Below are positions 8,638 through 18,397 of a stretch of DNA of 34,619 bases, piece by piece. The stretch is from Verrucomicrobiota bacterium. GTDB taxonomy: Bacteria; Verrucomicrobiota; Verrucomicrobiia; Chthoniobacterales; UBA10450. The position numbers and the translations under genes are program-made. The stretch covers positions 1 through 34,619 of the forward strand of contig QHMQ01000097.1 in assembly GCA_003217835.1 (NCBI GenBank), read 5' to 3'. How positions within the stretch are numbered: the stretch's first letter is position 1; each line of letters opens with the position of its first letter. The notes beneath the pieces were generated by a model. The model was not told the DNA's origin. It was given only the letters and a program-made list of their open reading frames with translations, and ran no database searches.

Positions 8638-9330
8638 TTAATTTTCCCGCAACCGATAACCAACGCCGCGCACACTTTCGATCACGTTGGCGGCTTTGCC
8701 GAGCTTTTTACGCAGCCGCCGCACATGGGTATCGACCGTGCGTGTGTCAATGATGCTCTCGTAGCCCCAAACATCGTTCAACAAACGGTCGCGCGCCTGG
8801 ACGCGGCCGCGTCGCTGCACAAGTGTGCGCAAGAGCTTGAATTCAAGGCTGGTGAGGTTGATCCGCTTGCCATCGACAGAAGCTTCATGACGCGCCGGAT
8901 CGATCATGATTGGACCGACCGCCAGACGTTCTTCCTCTTGTTTCGCGTCGCCTCGGCGCATTATCGCCCGGATTCGCAAAATGACTTCCCGAGGACTAAA
9001 TGGCTTTGTCACATAGTCATCGGCGCCAAATTCGAGGCCCACGATCCGGTCGATCTCCTCGGCTTTCGCGGTCAGCATCATGATTGGAATCTGGCGCGTC
9101 CCAGGATCGCTTTTTAGAATCTTACAAATCTCCAGTCCAGGCATTTTCGGCAGCATCAGATCGAGAATAATGAAAGCTGGCCTTTCGGTGCGCGCCTTAT
9201 GCAATCCAGCAGCGCCGTCGGTCGTCGACGAAATGGCGAAACCAGCTTTGCGTAAACTGAGCGTGAGAAGATCGACGACGTCCCGCTCGTCTTCGACGAT
9301 CAGAATTGTTTTGCCGGATGCCGCTTCCAT
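8638..9330 (-). CDS. phoB: OmpR-family response regulator, PhoB-like
   Basis: 230-aa ORF with a receiver domain (ILIVEDERD.., ILDLMLPKMPG, ..TAKAEE) and a winged-helix C-terminus (VDTHVRRLRKKL...GVGYRL). The assignment as PhoB is by context with phoR and pst. Confidence 0.85.
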   Translation of the reverse strand: MEAASGKTILIVEDERDVVDLLTLSLRKAGFAISSTTDGAAGLHKARTERPAFIILDLMLPKMPGLEICKILKSDPGTRQIPIMMLTAKAEEIDRIVGLEFGADDYVTKPFSPREVILRIRAIMRRGDAKQEEERLAVGPIMIDPARHEASVDGKRINLTSLEFKLLRTLVQRRGRVQARDRLLNDVWGYESIIDTRTVDTHVRRLRKKLGKAANVIESVRGVGYRLREN

Positions 9331-9513
9331 TCGCAGCAGCTTTATCGCCGAAACTACTTCGATTTGCCAGCGCCAGCTTCGTTGAAGCCGGATTTCTCAT
9401 TCGGGACTTGCGAGAATTTTCGCTAACTGGGTCATCTCGTTCATGGCCGGACAATTTCGCTGGAGAAAAAGGGCGGTTGTGCTTGACTAAAAAGTTCGAC
9501 GTTTCTCGTCAGA

Positions 9514-12447
9514 ATGCCTGCGCAAGTTATCAAAATCAGTGGTGCGCGCCAGCACAACCTAAAAAACCTCCACGTGGAGATCCCACGTGAAAAGTTGGTC
9601 GTCATTACCGGCTTGAGCGGCTCCGGAAAGTCTTCGCTCGCCTTTGACACACTTTATGCCGAGGGGCAACGGCGCTACGTCGAAAGTCTTTCCGCTTACG
9701 CGCGGCAATTTCTCGATCAAATGGAAAAGCCCAATGTCGATTTCATCGAAGGTCTCTCACCAGCGATCGCCATCGAGCAACGAAGCGCCGGAGCTAATCC
9801 GAGATCGACCATCGCGACCACGACCGAGGTTTACGATTATTTGCGCGTCCTCTTTTCAGCGATCGGTCAACCGCACGATCCGCTCACAGGGCGGCCGCTT
9901 AAGCGGCAAACGCCACAAGAAATTGTCGATCAAATTCTCGCATACGAGCCCGAGACAAAAATCATCGTGCTCGCACCGCTGATTCAAAACCAGCTGGGCG
10001 AATTCAGGGATGTGATCGAAAAAACGAAACGCGAAGGGTTCATTCGCGTTCGGATTGACGGCCAGATCGCCGAGCTCGATCGCCCGGAACCGATTCGGCT
10101 TAAAAAAAATGAGCGCCACACGATTGAGGCGGTGGTCGATCGCCTGGTCGTGCGCGATGGAATTCGCAGCCGCCTGACTGATTCGATTGAGACTGCGCTC
10201 AAATGGGGCGGAAACCGGGTGGTTGTGTTAAAACAAACGCTCAACGTCCAACGCCCAATGTCCAACGCCGAATCGAGCGAGCTTTTGGAAGAACTCCGCT
10301 ATTCGACCGATTACGGAAACGCAGAAACCGGGTTCACGCTAGGCGAGCTGACTCCGAAACATTTTTCGTTCAACAGTCATCTCGGAGCGTGTCCGGCATG
10401 TCACGGTCTTGGCACGCAATTGGCTTGCGATCCGGAGTTGATGATTTCCGATCCCGGCAAGACACTCGCCGAAGGGGCGATCACGCCATGGCGGCGCGGG
10501 ACGAAGCGAATGCAGGCATATTACCGTCACTTGCAAGGCGCGCTCGTGAAACATTTTCAGGTTGATGAAAACATGCCTTTTGCCGAATTGCCCGAGCATT
10601 TTAAGGAAGCGCTTTACTTCGGGACCGGCGATCAACCAATCGAGATGAGTTTCAGCGGTAACGGCCGTTCCAGCAAAACGACCCGCCCGTTTGAAGGACT
10701 CGTTCCCCAGATGCAGCGGCTCTATGCAGAAACTCAGAGCGAGTTCACTCGCAATCGCATCCGCGCGTTCATGACGCGCGAGCCGTGCAAAGTGTGTGGC
10801 GGCGCCAGGCTCAAGCCGGAGATTCTCGCCGTCACACTTAAAGATCGACATGCGCGCGAATTGAATATTCATCAAATCAGCGAACAAACGATCGAGGCGG
10901 CCGGGCGCTACGTCGAGAACCTCGACTTATCCGAGCAGCAACGACTGATCGTGAATGAAGTCGTGCACGAAATTCAATCGCGCCTGCAATTTCTCGTCGA
11001 AGTCGGCCTTGGATATCTCACCCTAAATCGCGAGAGCGGCACGCTTTCCGGCGGCGAAGCGCAACGCATCCGACTGGCAACGCAGATTGGGTCTGGCCTG
11101 GCCGGGGTTCTTTACGTTTTGGATGAGCCGAGCATCGGTTTGCATCAGCGCGACAATGCGCGTTTACTCGGGACTCTGCGACGCCTGCGCGATCTCGGCA
11201 ATTCCGTGATTGTGGTTGAGCACGATGAAGAAACCATCCGCGCGGCGGACCACATTCTTGATCTCGGCCCTGGCGCGGGTCCGCGGGGCGGTGAGATCGT
11301 TGCTCAAGGGAGCATCGACGACATTCTTCGCGCGAAAAATTCTTTGACTGGAGACTATCTCTCCGGACGCGTGCGCATCCCGATTCCAAAACAGCGCGTC
11401 AAGCCGCAATCAATTAACCATCAGGTATCAACCGACAACCATTGTGATGGCTGGCTCATAGTTGTAGGCGCAGCCGAGAACAACCTCAAAAAAATCGACG
11501 CTTCTTTCCCTCTCGGTTGTCTCACCTGTGTAACGGGCGTGTCTGGCAGCGGTAAGTCGACGCTGGTGGATGATATTCTACGCCGCGCTCTCTTTCGACA
11601 TTTTTACAATTCAAGAGAAAAACCCGGCACTTATCAGGCGATTCGCGGAGTCGAACAGATCGACAAAGCGATCGTGATCGATCAAAGTGCGATCGGCCGG
11701 ACGCCCCGCTCCAATCCGGTGACCTACACCGGCGCCTTCGCGCCTATCCGCGAGTTATTCAGTCAATTGCCCGCGGCGCGGGTGCGCGGTTACGATGCTG
11801 GGCGGTTTAGCTTTAATGTCAAAGGCGGCCGTTGCGAAAATTGCGAAGGCGGGGGGTTGATTAAGATCGAGATGCATTTTTTGCCGGACGTTTACGTGGA
11901 ATGCGAAGTGTGCCACGGTAAGCGCTACAATCGCGAGACGCTCGAGATCACGTACAAAGGCAAGAACATTGCCGACGTTCTCGATCTGACGGTGGATGAA
12001 GCAGCGCGCTTTTTCCGCAATGTGCCGAGCGTTTCCGAAAAGTTAAATTCTTTGCTGGATGTAGGCCTCGGTTATCTGCGACTTGGTCAAGCCGGGACCA
12101 CCCTTTCCGGAGGGGAAGCGCAACGCGTCAAACTCGCTACGGAGCTCGCGAAAAGAGCGACCGGCCGGACGGTCTACATTCTCGATGAGCCAACGACTGG
12201 GTTGCACTTCGCCGATATCGAGAAATTGCTGCAAGTATTGATGAAGCTGCGCAACGCGGGTAACACGGTGATTGTGATCGAGCAGAATCTAGAAATGATT
12301 AAATGCGCAGATTGGATTATTGATCTCGGGCCTGAAGGCGGCGAACGCGGCGGCGAGATCGTCGGGACTGGTCCGCCGGAACAAATTGTCGACCTTCCAG
12401 ATAGTCTTACAGGTAGATATCTGCGACCAATGTTGAAACTGCCATGA
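9514..12447 (+). CDS. uvrA: excinuclease ABC subunit A
   Basis: 977-aa ORF with two ABC modules: Walker [10 protein letters not shown] and GVSGSGKST, signatures [12 protein letters not shown] and [12 protein letters not shown]. It has Cys pairs typical of the UvrA zinc modules (CPACHG, CKVCGG, CENCEG, CEVCHG). Confidence 0.97.
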   Translation: MPAQVIKISGARQHNLKNLHVEIPREKLVVITGLSGSGKSSLAFDTLYAEGQRRYVESLSAYARQFLDQMEKPNVDFIEGLSPAIAIEQRSAGANPRSTIATTTEVYDYLRVLFSAIGQPHDPLTGRPLKRQTPQEIVDQILAYEPETKIIVLAPLIQNQLGEFRDVIEKTKREGFIRVRIDGQIAELDRPEPIRLKKNERHTIEAVVDRLVVRDGIRSRLTDSIETALKWGGNRVVVLKQTLNVQRPMSNAESSELLEELRYSTDYGNAETGFTLGELTPKHFSFNSHLGACPACHGLGTQLACDPELMISDPGKTLAEGAITPWRRGTKRMQAYYRHLQGALVKHFQVDENMPFAELPEHFKEALYFGTGDQPIEMSFSGNGRSSKTTRPFEGLVPQMQRLYAETQSEFTRNRIRAFMTREPCKVCGGARLKPEILAVTLKDRHARELNIHQISEQTIEAAGRYVENLDLSEQQRLIVNEVVHEIQSRLQFLVEVGLGYLTLNRESGTLSGGEAQRIRLATQIGSGLAGVLYVLDEPSIGLHQRDNARLLGTLRRLRDLGNSVIVVEHDEETIRAADHILDLGPGAGPRGGEIVAQGSIDDILRAKNSLTGDYLSGRVRIPIPKQRVKPQSINHQVSTDNHCDGWLIVVGAAENNLKKIDASFPLGCLTCVTGVSGSGKSTLVDDILRRALFRHFYNSREKPGTYQAIRGVEQIDKAIVIDQSAIGRTPRSNPVTYTGAFAPIRELFSQLPAARVRGYDAGRFSFNVKGGRCENCEGGGLIKIEMHFLPDVYVECEVCHGKRYNRETLEITYKGKNIADVLDLTVDEAARFFRNVPSVSEKLNSLLDVGLGYLRLGQAGTTLSGGEAQRVKLATELAKRATGRTVYILDEPTTGLHFADIEKLLQVLMKLRNAGNTVIVIEQNLEMIKCADWIIDLGPEGGERGGEIVGTGPPEQIVDLPDSLTGRYLRPMLKLP

Positions 12448-14945
12448 GGAAGTCCAGCGCCGACCACGAGAGGGTTAGCCAACAATGTAAGAGACCGGTG
12501 CGGAGAATCGCTTTGATCGGATTGTCGATTTGGTTTTCCCAGTCATTGCGCGCAGAAATCTCGCCGGAGTGGACGGAGGCAACGAAGCCGTTACTGGAAG
12601 GCGTACCGGAGGTGGCCGTTGTCCGTCTGGGAGCCCTCGTCGACGGCAGTCTGGCGGATAAAGAGTGGTGCGCGGTTGCCGCAAAGCTTGCCGAAGCTCA
12701 GGTGACCGCGAGACAGCCAGAGGACGCGCTGGTGTTGCTCGCGGATTCCAGGCTGCGCGATCTTTCAGCGGCAAAGTTCTGGCGCGCGCAAGCCTTTGCC
12801 AGCTTGCATCTATGGGCCGACGCACTGCCGCTCTACGAGGAACTGGCTGCGGAGCAAGGTTCATCATTTCGCGAAGCAGCCACTTTTGGAGCGGCCGAAA
12901 TGTTGCGTGCCTTGGGAAGACGGGATGAAGCGCTGGCGAAGATATTGGTTCTCCTTCGCGACAAACAGTGGGGGATCCAGGCGCAATTGCGATCGGCCGA
13001 ATTGTATATCGACAGGGCCGACGCCGCCAACGCGCGGCGCATCCTTGATGAGATTCAACCCAAGTCGGTCGCGGAGCGGAAGGAGCGACGGCTTCTGCGT
13101 GGGCGCTTGGAGCTGATTTTGCAGCGCCCCGAGAGAGCAATCGGTGCGTTTGAAGCGCTTCTAAAAAGACCGGAGGGGGCGACCCATGCCACCCTGATCG
13201 CGGCACTCTTCGGAATCGCCGACTCGCACTTGCAATTAAAAACGCCAGAAGCCGGGGACGATGTCCTTGAGCGATTTATCGATCGTCGTCCAGCGGATCC
13301 GGACCTACCCGCTCTCTTTGCAAAGCTGGACGAGCTCTATCGCGCGGAGCGCAAAGCATCACGGAGCGAACTGGAAAAATGGGTGCGCAATCCGGAACAA
13401 CCGCGACGGACATTCGCCCGATGGCATCTTGCTCTCCTTGAAGTTCGCGTCGGGCACCGAGATCGAGCTCGGCAATTGTTCAACGATCTGCGCCACAGCG
13501 AGGTAAAATCTCCTGCGCTCGCGCCGGCTCTGTTGGAGTTTGCACAACTGGAATTGGAAGATCGACATTTCGAAGAGGCGATTGCGATTTTGGATGATGC
13601 GCGCGTGCTTCATCCGGAAGCGCAATTGCTCGATCAAATCAATCTTCTCTCCGCGCAAGCGCAATATCTCGCGAAGCGCTTTGAGGTGGCAACCGCAGCC
13701 TTTGAACAAATCGGGCGTTCCACTTCACCATGGGCGAACCTTGCACTTTTCAACGCATCCACGGGATGGCTGCAACTCGGCGATCACGCCCGTTTTTTGG
13801 CCGATTATAATGCACTTGAAAAACAGGGCGGCGATGAAGAATCGCGGGCCAGTTTGCGACTGGAGGAAGGATTGATGCAAGCCGCGAAAGGGGATAAGAA
13901 AGCAACAGAATCGCTGCAACAATTTGTTCGCGATTTTCCTAAGAATCCCCGCGTCTCAGAAGCCTGGGTTGGTTTGGCCGAGCTGGCCTTCCATTCCACG
14001 CCGCCCCGTCTCGATGAAGCGCGGAAGAATCTAGCTCGCGCGGCCGATTCAAGCCCAACGACAGCGGCGGCGGAGCGGGCCGATTATCTCATGATCTGGA
14101 TTGAGGATTCAGCTGATCTCAAGGAGACGAAAGTCATCGAACTTGCGAATCGTTTTCTTCAACAACATGCCGCCTCGTCATTTGCCCCGGAGGTTCGAAT
14201 GAAATTAGCGGAGATTTATTACCGGCGCCAGGATTTCGCAAACGCACAGACGCAGTTTGAAATTCTGGCGCAGCAGAATCAAGACGGCCCACTTGGCGAG
14301 AAAGCGCTCTTTTTCGCGGCGGAATCGGCCATGTCGAGCATGGGTAAGCATGCGCTCGACCAAGCGATTGTGCTGTTTGATCAGGTAGTTCAGTTAAATG
14401 GCGACCTGAAATGGGCCGCGCGCAACGAACAAGCTGTTATCGAACGCAAGCTGGGAAAGCCGCAGGATGCACTCTTATTATACGACGAGGTCTTAAAAGG
14501 CGAGGCTGGAGCATCCGAAAAGCAAGAGGCACTTTGCGGCAAGGGCGACATCTTTTTCGAGATGGGCGGAAGCAACTCGACCAATTACCAGCGCGCGATC
14601 GAAGTCTATGACCAGTTGGCGTCCGACAAAAGTGAGCCAATTCACTGGCGCAACCAAGCGCTCTTCAAAAAGGGCCTGTGCTTGGAAAAGAAAAGCGACC
14701 GGGCTGGCGCCCTTGCGACGTTTTACAAAGTCTTGGAAGATGAGGCGCGCCCGGATCGGAGACGTGAACTGTTTTGGTATTACAAAGCGGGATTCAATGC
14801 CGCGCGGCTGTTGGAAGACGATTCAAAATGGGAATCTGCTGCTGCTATCTACCAGAAACTGGCCGCATCCAGCGGCACCCGGAGCGAAGAAGCAAAGGCG
14901 CGTCTTAACCGTCTGCGTTTGGAACATTTTCTTTGGGCGGATTGA
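12444..14945 (+). CDS. large TPR-like helical-repeat protein, probably exported
   Basis: 833-aa ORF with a hydrophobic N-terminal segment (IALIGLSIWFSQSLRA). The rest is A/L/E/R-rich helical repeats with TPR-like spacing. I recognised no catalytic motif. The start overlaps the uvrA stop (ATGA, 12444..12447). Confidence 0.75.
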   Translation: MRKSSADHERVSQQCKRPVRRIALIGLSIWFSQSLRAEISPEWTEATKPLLEGVPEVAVVRLGALVDGSLADKEWCAVAAKLAEAQVTARQPEDALVLLADSRLRDLSAAKFWRAQAFASLHLWADALPLYEELAAEQGSSFREAATFGAAEMLRALGRRDEALAKILVLLRDKQWGIQAQLRSAELYIDRADAANARRILDEIQPKSVAERKERRLLRGRLELILQRPERAIGAFEALLKRPEGATHATLIAALFGIADSHLQLKTPEAGDDVLERFIDRRPADPDLPALFAKLDELYRAERKASRSELEKWVRNPEQPRRTFARWHLALLEVRVGHRDRARQLFNDLRHSEVKSPALAPALLEFAQLELEDRHFEEAIAILDDARVLHPEAQLLDQINLLSAQAQYLAKRFEVATAAFEQIGRSTSPWANLALFNASTGWLQLGDHARFLADYNALEKQGGDEESRASLRLEEGLMQAAKGDKKATESLQQFVRDFPKNPRVSEAWVGLAELAFHSTPPRLDEARKNLARAADSSPTTAAAERADYLMIWIEDSADLKETKVIELANRFLQQHAASSFAPEVRMKLAEIYYRRQDFANAQTQFEILAQQNQDGPLGEKALFFAAESAMSSMGKHALDQAIVLFDQVVQLNGDLKWAARNEQAVIERKLGKPQDALLLYDEVLKGEAGASEKQEALCGKGDIFFEMGGSNSTNYQRAIEVYDQLASDKSEPIHWRNQALFKKGLCLEKKSDRAGALATFYKVLEDEARPDRRRELFWYYKAGFNAARLLEDDSKWESAAAIYQKLAASSGTRSEEAKARLNRLRLEHFLWAD

Positions 14946-15065
14946 GGCCGGGCGCTCGCGAGTTGACCGCAGCAGTATTCACGACGGCTGGAAACGTCTT
15001 TTTTTTGTCCTAAATGCACTCCGAATAGGCTTGCACAAAATTCGGAACGGGATCACAATTCGGGC

Positions 15066-15341
15066 ATGAAAACAAAAAGCAGGTTCAGTCGCCTGTGCGG
15101 CTGGTCGGCTCGATGTGCAAGTGGCGTGTTCGCTCTCGCATTTTGCGCATCGGCATTTGCAGATCCGAACAAAAACGTAGTTGTGGCGCCAAATCAGCAG
15201 ATCGCCCAGAAAAGGGTCATCAAAATCTGCTACATGAAGACCATAGCGTCTGGCATTCCACAAGTATGCACTCGGTTCGAGGGGTTAGATCCGACCACCG
15301 AAAGCCCGATGGAAGTTATCGGGCGCATGGCGCAGAAATAA
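15066..15341 (+). CDS. small hypothetical secreted protein (91 aa)
   Basis: Signal-peptide-like N-terminus (..GVFALAFCASAFA/DP) followed by a ~55-aa mature part with two Cys. I recognised no homologue and saw no clear RBS. It occupies an otherwise empty 450-bp gap. Confidence 0.4.
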   Translation: MKTKSRFSRLCGWSARCASGVFALAFCASAFADPNKNVVVAPNQQIAQKRVIKICYMKTIASGIPQVCTRFEGLDPTTESPMEVIGRMAQK

Positions 15342-15374
15342 TAATTTCGGGAAGACCGCGTTCGCCGAAAGTGG

Positions 15375-15398
15375 CGCGCTGCCAAGCGCGGCAGCGTG
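15375..15398. terminator. GC-rich hairpin between the convergent small ORF and ilvC
   Basis: CGCGCTGCC-aagcgc-GGCAGCGTG, a 9-bp stem including one G-U pair. There is no adjacent U-tract on the minus strand. A T-rich run begins 8 nt downstream on the plus strand. Confidence 0.3.
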
Positions 15399-15399
15399 G

Positions 15400-16407
15400 C
15401 TAATGGCTTTTTGTTTTCGTTTTCCAACTCATTAGTCCGCGAAGCCGCGCGCCTACTTTCTCGATCGGATGCTTTTCACTTTCCCGCAGCAGCTTCGCGG
15501 AACGCCGCCCGCCGGTTTTCATCTCCTGAATAAAATCGCGCGCGAATTTTCCTGAGCGGATTTCTCGCAGCGCCGCCATCATCCGCTTTTGCACTGCTTG
15601 ATCGACAATCTTCGGGCCGACCGTCAACTCACCCCATTTGGCGGTATCGGAAATTAATCTGCGCATTCCGGCAATTCCCGCTTCGTGGATGAGATCGACA
15701 ATGAACTTTAATTCGTGGAGACATTCGAAGTATGCGAGTTCGGCTGGATAGCCGGCGCGAACAAGTGTTTCAAAGCCAGCACGAATGAGTGCTGACGTGC
15801 CACCGCAGAGTACTGCTTGCTCGCCGAAAAGGTCTGTCTCCGTTTCCTCACGAAAAGTGGTCTCGAGCACGCCGGCACGCGTGCAGCCGATTCCTTTTGC
15901 CCAGGCCAGAGCTGTTTGCTTGGCGTGGCGGCTGGGATTCTGATGAATCGCGATCAGTCCGGGCGCACCACGGCCTCTCACAAATTCCCGGCGCACCATC
16001 GGTCCGAGGCCTTTGGGAGCGACCATCACAACATCGACATCCTTGCGTGGGACAATCGTGCGGTAATAAATTGCAAACCCATGCGCCAAAAGCAGGGTTT
16101 GGCCAGGACGTAAACTCGGAGCGATTTGTTCGGCATAGATTACTGGCATTTGCGTGTCCGAGAGCGCGAAAAAAATAATGTCTGCGCGCCGCGCGGCTTC
16201 TGCTGTGTCCAGTACTTCGAGACCACTCCGCCTGGCCCGCACCCGGGACTTGCTGCCAGGGTAAAGCCCGACAATGACGCTGATCTCGCTGTCCCTAAGG
16301 TTGAGTGCGTGCGCGCGGCCTTGCGCGCCGAAGCCGATCACCGCGCACGTTTTGCCCTTCAACCAGCGAAGATCCGCGTCTTTGTCGGTGTAAATGCGCG
16401 CGGCCAA
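15400..16407 (-). CDS. ilvC: ketol-acid reductoisomerase (class I)
   Basis: 335-aa ORF with YTDKDADLRWLKGKTCAVIGFGAQGRAHALNLRDS (Rossmann/NADPH site), LFGEQAVLCGG and YFECLHELK. The start is TTG at 16407..16405. The conserved N-terminus leaves no room for a downstream ATG. Confidence 0.92.
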   Translation of the reverse strand: MAARIYTDKDADLRWLKGKTCAVIGFGAQGRAHALNLRDSEISVIVGLYPGSKSRVRARRSGLEVLDTAEAARRADIIFFALSDTQMPVIYAEQIAPSLRPGQTLLLAHGFAIYYRTIVPRKDVDVVMVAPKGLGPMVRREFVRGRGAPGLIAIHQNPSRHAKQTALAWAKGIGCTRAGVLETTFREETETDLFGEQAVLCGGTSALIRAGFETLVRAGYPAELAYFECLHELKFIVDLIHEAGIAGMRRLISDTAKWGELTVGPKIVDQAVQKRMMAALREIRSGKFARDFIQEMKTGGRRSAKLLRESEKHPIEKVGARLRGLMSWKTKTKSH

Positions 16408-16409
16408 AT

Positions 16410-18188
16410 TTAGCTTCGTGGCTTGCCCAAAACTGACTTTGCTGCGGCGAGCAACGATTTGTCATCGTTATCCGTAAGCCCGCCGAGGAAGCCACGAATT
16501 CGACGGAACGATTGACGCAAAAAAAGATCGGCGGCGGAGTGATCGGCAGAGGCTGAGTCTCCATTCCGGCGCGCGAACTGAAGCTCAGCGTCCCAACGGC
16601 TGAGAACGCAAGTCGAGGCAAAAAGATCCATGGCCGCGTCAGCAATCCGCTCCTGGACAAGCTGCATGTCGAGGATCGGCTCGCGATAAGTGATCAACGC
16701 GCGATTCACGGCAAAGTTGAAGCGCCAAATCAAGCGGCCGAGTTGCCGCGCATTCGCACGAAGCTGCTCGCTTCGAACGGGCACATCAGGGATGCGAATG
16801 GCCGCGCCAAGCCTGTTCATCCCAGCAGCCCACGCTTTGCTGATTCGATCTCGCGACGGTTTCATCACGGTGTCGTAAATTTCCTTGAACTCCATTCCTG
16901 GACCGCGCATGCCGACAAGCGCGATAAACGAAGTGAGCACTTCGTTGCTGCCTTCGCCGATCTGATTGATGCGGGCATCGCGCAGCATTCGCTCTAGCGG
17001 AAGGTCGACAAAGTAGGCGGAGCCACCGTAAATCTGAAATGCATCATTGATTATTTCCCAAAGTCGCTCGGTCGTGAAGACCTTCAGCATGGCCGTTTCG
17101 ATCATGTAATCCTCAAGTCCGCGGTCGATTAACGATGCCGTTATTGTCGTCATCGCTTCCATCGCATAAGCGCCTGCCGCGATGCGCGCGATTTTCTTTT
17201 TGACGAGGTCACATTCACCGAGCGTTTTGTTGAACTGTTTGCGTGTGTTCGCGTGTTCGGTGGCCAGGCGCAAACAGGTTTTGGCAGCGCCAGTGCAACA
17301 CGCACCGAATGTCGTCCGCCCAAAATCGAGCACGGTCAGGGCCACTTTCAGTCCCTTGCCCATCGGCCCGAGAATATTTTCTTTTGGGACTTTGACGTCG
17401 CGCAGCGAAAAGCGGCCCGTTGCGGTGCCGCGGATTCCCATTTTCGGCATTCGGGCTTCCAATATCGTGAATCCCGGCATGTCCGGCGTAACCAGGAATG
17501 CCGTGATCGCCGTTTTATCTGACCCCGGCATCGGCGTGCGCGCCATCACTGTCAGAACCTGCGCAATTCCCGCGTTAGTGATGTAACGCTTTTCGCCGTT
17601 CAAAATAAAATGCGAGCCGTCCTGCGTCGGACGCGCCTGCATTTGCACGTTTGCCGCATCAGAGCCTGCTTCACGTTCGGTCAACGCAAACGCACCGAGC
17701 TGTTCGCCAGTCGATAATTTAGGAAGCCATCTCTGCTTTTGCTCGTGTGTTCCGAAAAGCAGCAGCGCGCGAATCCCGATGGAATGATGCGCGTTTACGA
17801 AAACCGATGTCGATGCGCAGCGATGGCCAATTTCTTCCAGAAGTTTGCAGTTAACCATCTGCGTAAAACCCCGTCCGCCATATTCCACTGGGGCGGTCGC
17901 ACCAAGCACCCCAACGCGTCCCAGCCCATCGATGACGTCGCGCGGGATATCTGCTTGTCGATCTATCTCGGCGGGGTCGAGATGTTCGTCGAGAAATTGG
18001 CGGAGCTCGACAAGAGTTCTATCCGACTCGGCTTGCTGCGTTGCCGGGATGCGCGGATAAGGCATCACCCAATTCGAGACGAAATGACCCTGGAAAAGAC
18101 CTTTCGCAAAGCCAAGCGCCTGGGGCCCCGCGAAGAGGAGCTCCTCCGCCTGCTGAATCTCTTTTTGCCGCGCTTCGACTTTGTTCAT
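16410..18188 (-). CDS. acyl-CoA dehydrogenase family protein with a C-terminal extension (long, VLCAD/ACAD9-like architecture)
   Basis: 592-aa ORF with ACAD N, middle and C domains (..FALTEREAGSDAANV.., ..GEKRYITNAG.., catalytic-base region INQIGEGSNEV). About 180 further C-terminal residues follow. Confidence 0.9.
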   Translation of the reverse strand: MNKVEARQKEIQQAEELLFAGPQALGFAKGLFQGHFVSNWVMPYPRIPATQQAESDRTLVELRQFLDEHLDPAEIDRQADIPRDVIDGLGRVGVLGATAPVEYGGRGFTQMVNCKLLEEIGHRCASTSVFVNAHHSIGIRALLLFGTHEQKQRWLPKLSTGEQLGAFALTEREAGSDAANVQMQARPTQDGSHFILNGEKRYITNAGIAQVLTVMARTPMPGSDKTAITAFLVTPDMPGFTILEARMPKMGIRGTATGRFSLRDVKVPKENILGPMGKGLKVALTVLDFGRTTFGACCTGAAKTCLRLATEHANTRKQFNKTLGECDLVKKKIARIAAGAYAMEAMTTITASLIDRGLEDYMIETAMLKVFTTERLWEIINDAFQIYGGSAYFVDLPLERMLRDARINQIGEGSNEVLTSFIALVGMRGPGMEFKEIYDTVMKPSRDRISKAWAAGMNRLGAAIRIPDVPVRSEQLRANARQLGRLIWRFNFAVNRALITYREPILDMQLVQERIADAAMDLFASTCVLSRWDAELQFARRNGDSASADHSAADLFLRQSFRRIRGFLGGLTDNDDKSLLAAAKSVLGKPRS

Positions 18189-18397
18189 AAAAAATTTTGC
18201 CGCCGAAGATGGCGGTCACGCATTGTAGCGAACACGTCCGCTCTGTCCACTCACGCGGATTACGCGGTCGTCAAACACTCGACTCTCAACATTGCCGCGA
18301 AAAAACACCGATCGTCTAACTGCACATTATGCGGATCGCTGCGTCGGTTGGAACTGGTAAATTGGAGCCGTTGAAGCTTCGGTCTTGGAACTTCTCC

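Noticed and set aside
9483-9513. Possible uvrA promoter (TTGACT at 9483-9488) and a LexA/SOS box upstream of uvrA.
   Set aside because: The hexamer 17 nt downstream (TCGTCA) is a poor -10 and would leave almost no leader. Only a half-site-like GAACT/AGTTC is present. There is no CTGT-N8-ACAG or TGTTC-N4-GAACA palindrome.
9331-9513. Pho box upstream of phoB (expected autoregulation).
   Set aside because: I could not find a CTGTCA-type tandem with 11-bp phasing in this spacer. It cannot be supported from the sequence alone.
18196-18216. Short GC hairpin (ACCGCC-atcttc-GGCGGC on the minus strand) followed by AAAATTTTTT just upstream of the ACAD start, as a possible nrdJ terminator. An 8-bp direct repeat TTGGAACT also occurs at 18348 and 18385.
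   Set aside because: The stem is only 5 bp and lies about 180 nt after the nrdJ stop. The 8-mer repeat is within chance expectation. Neither is convincing.
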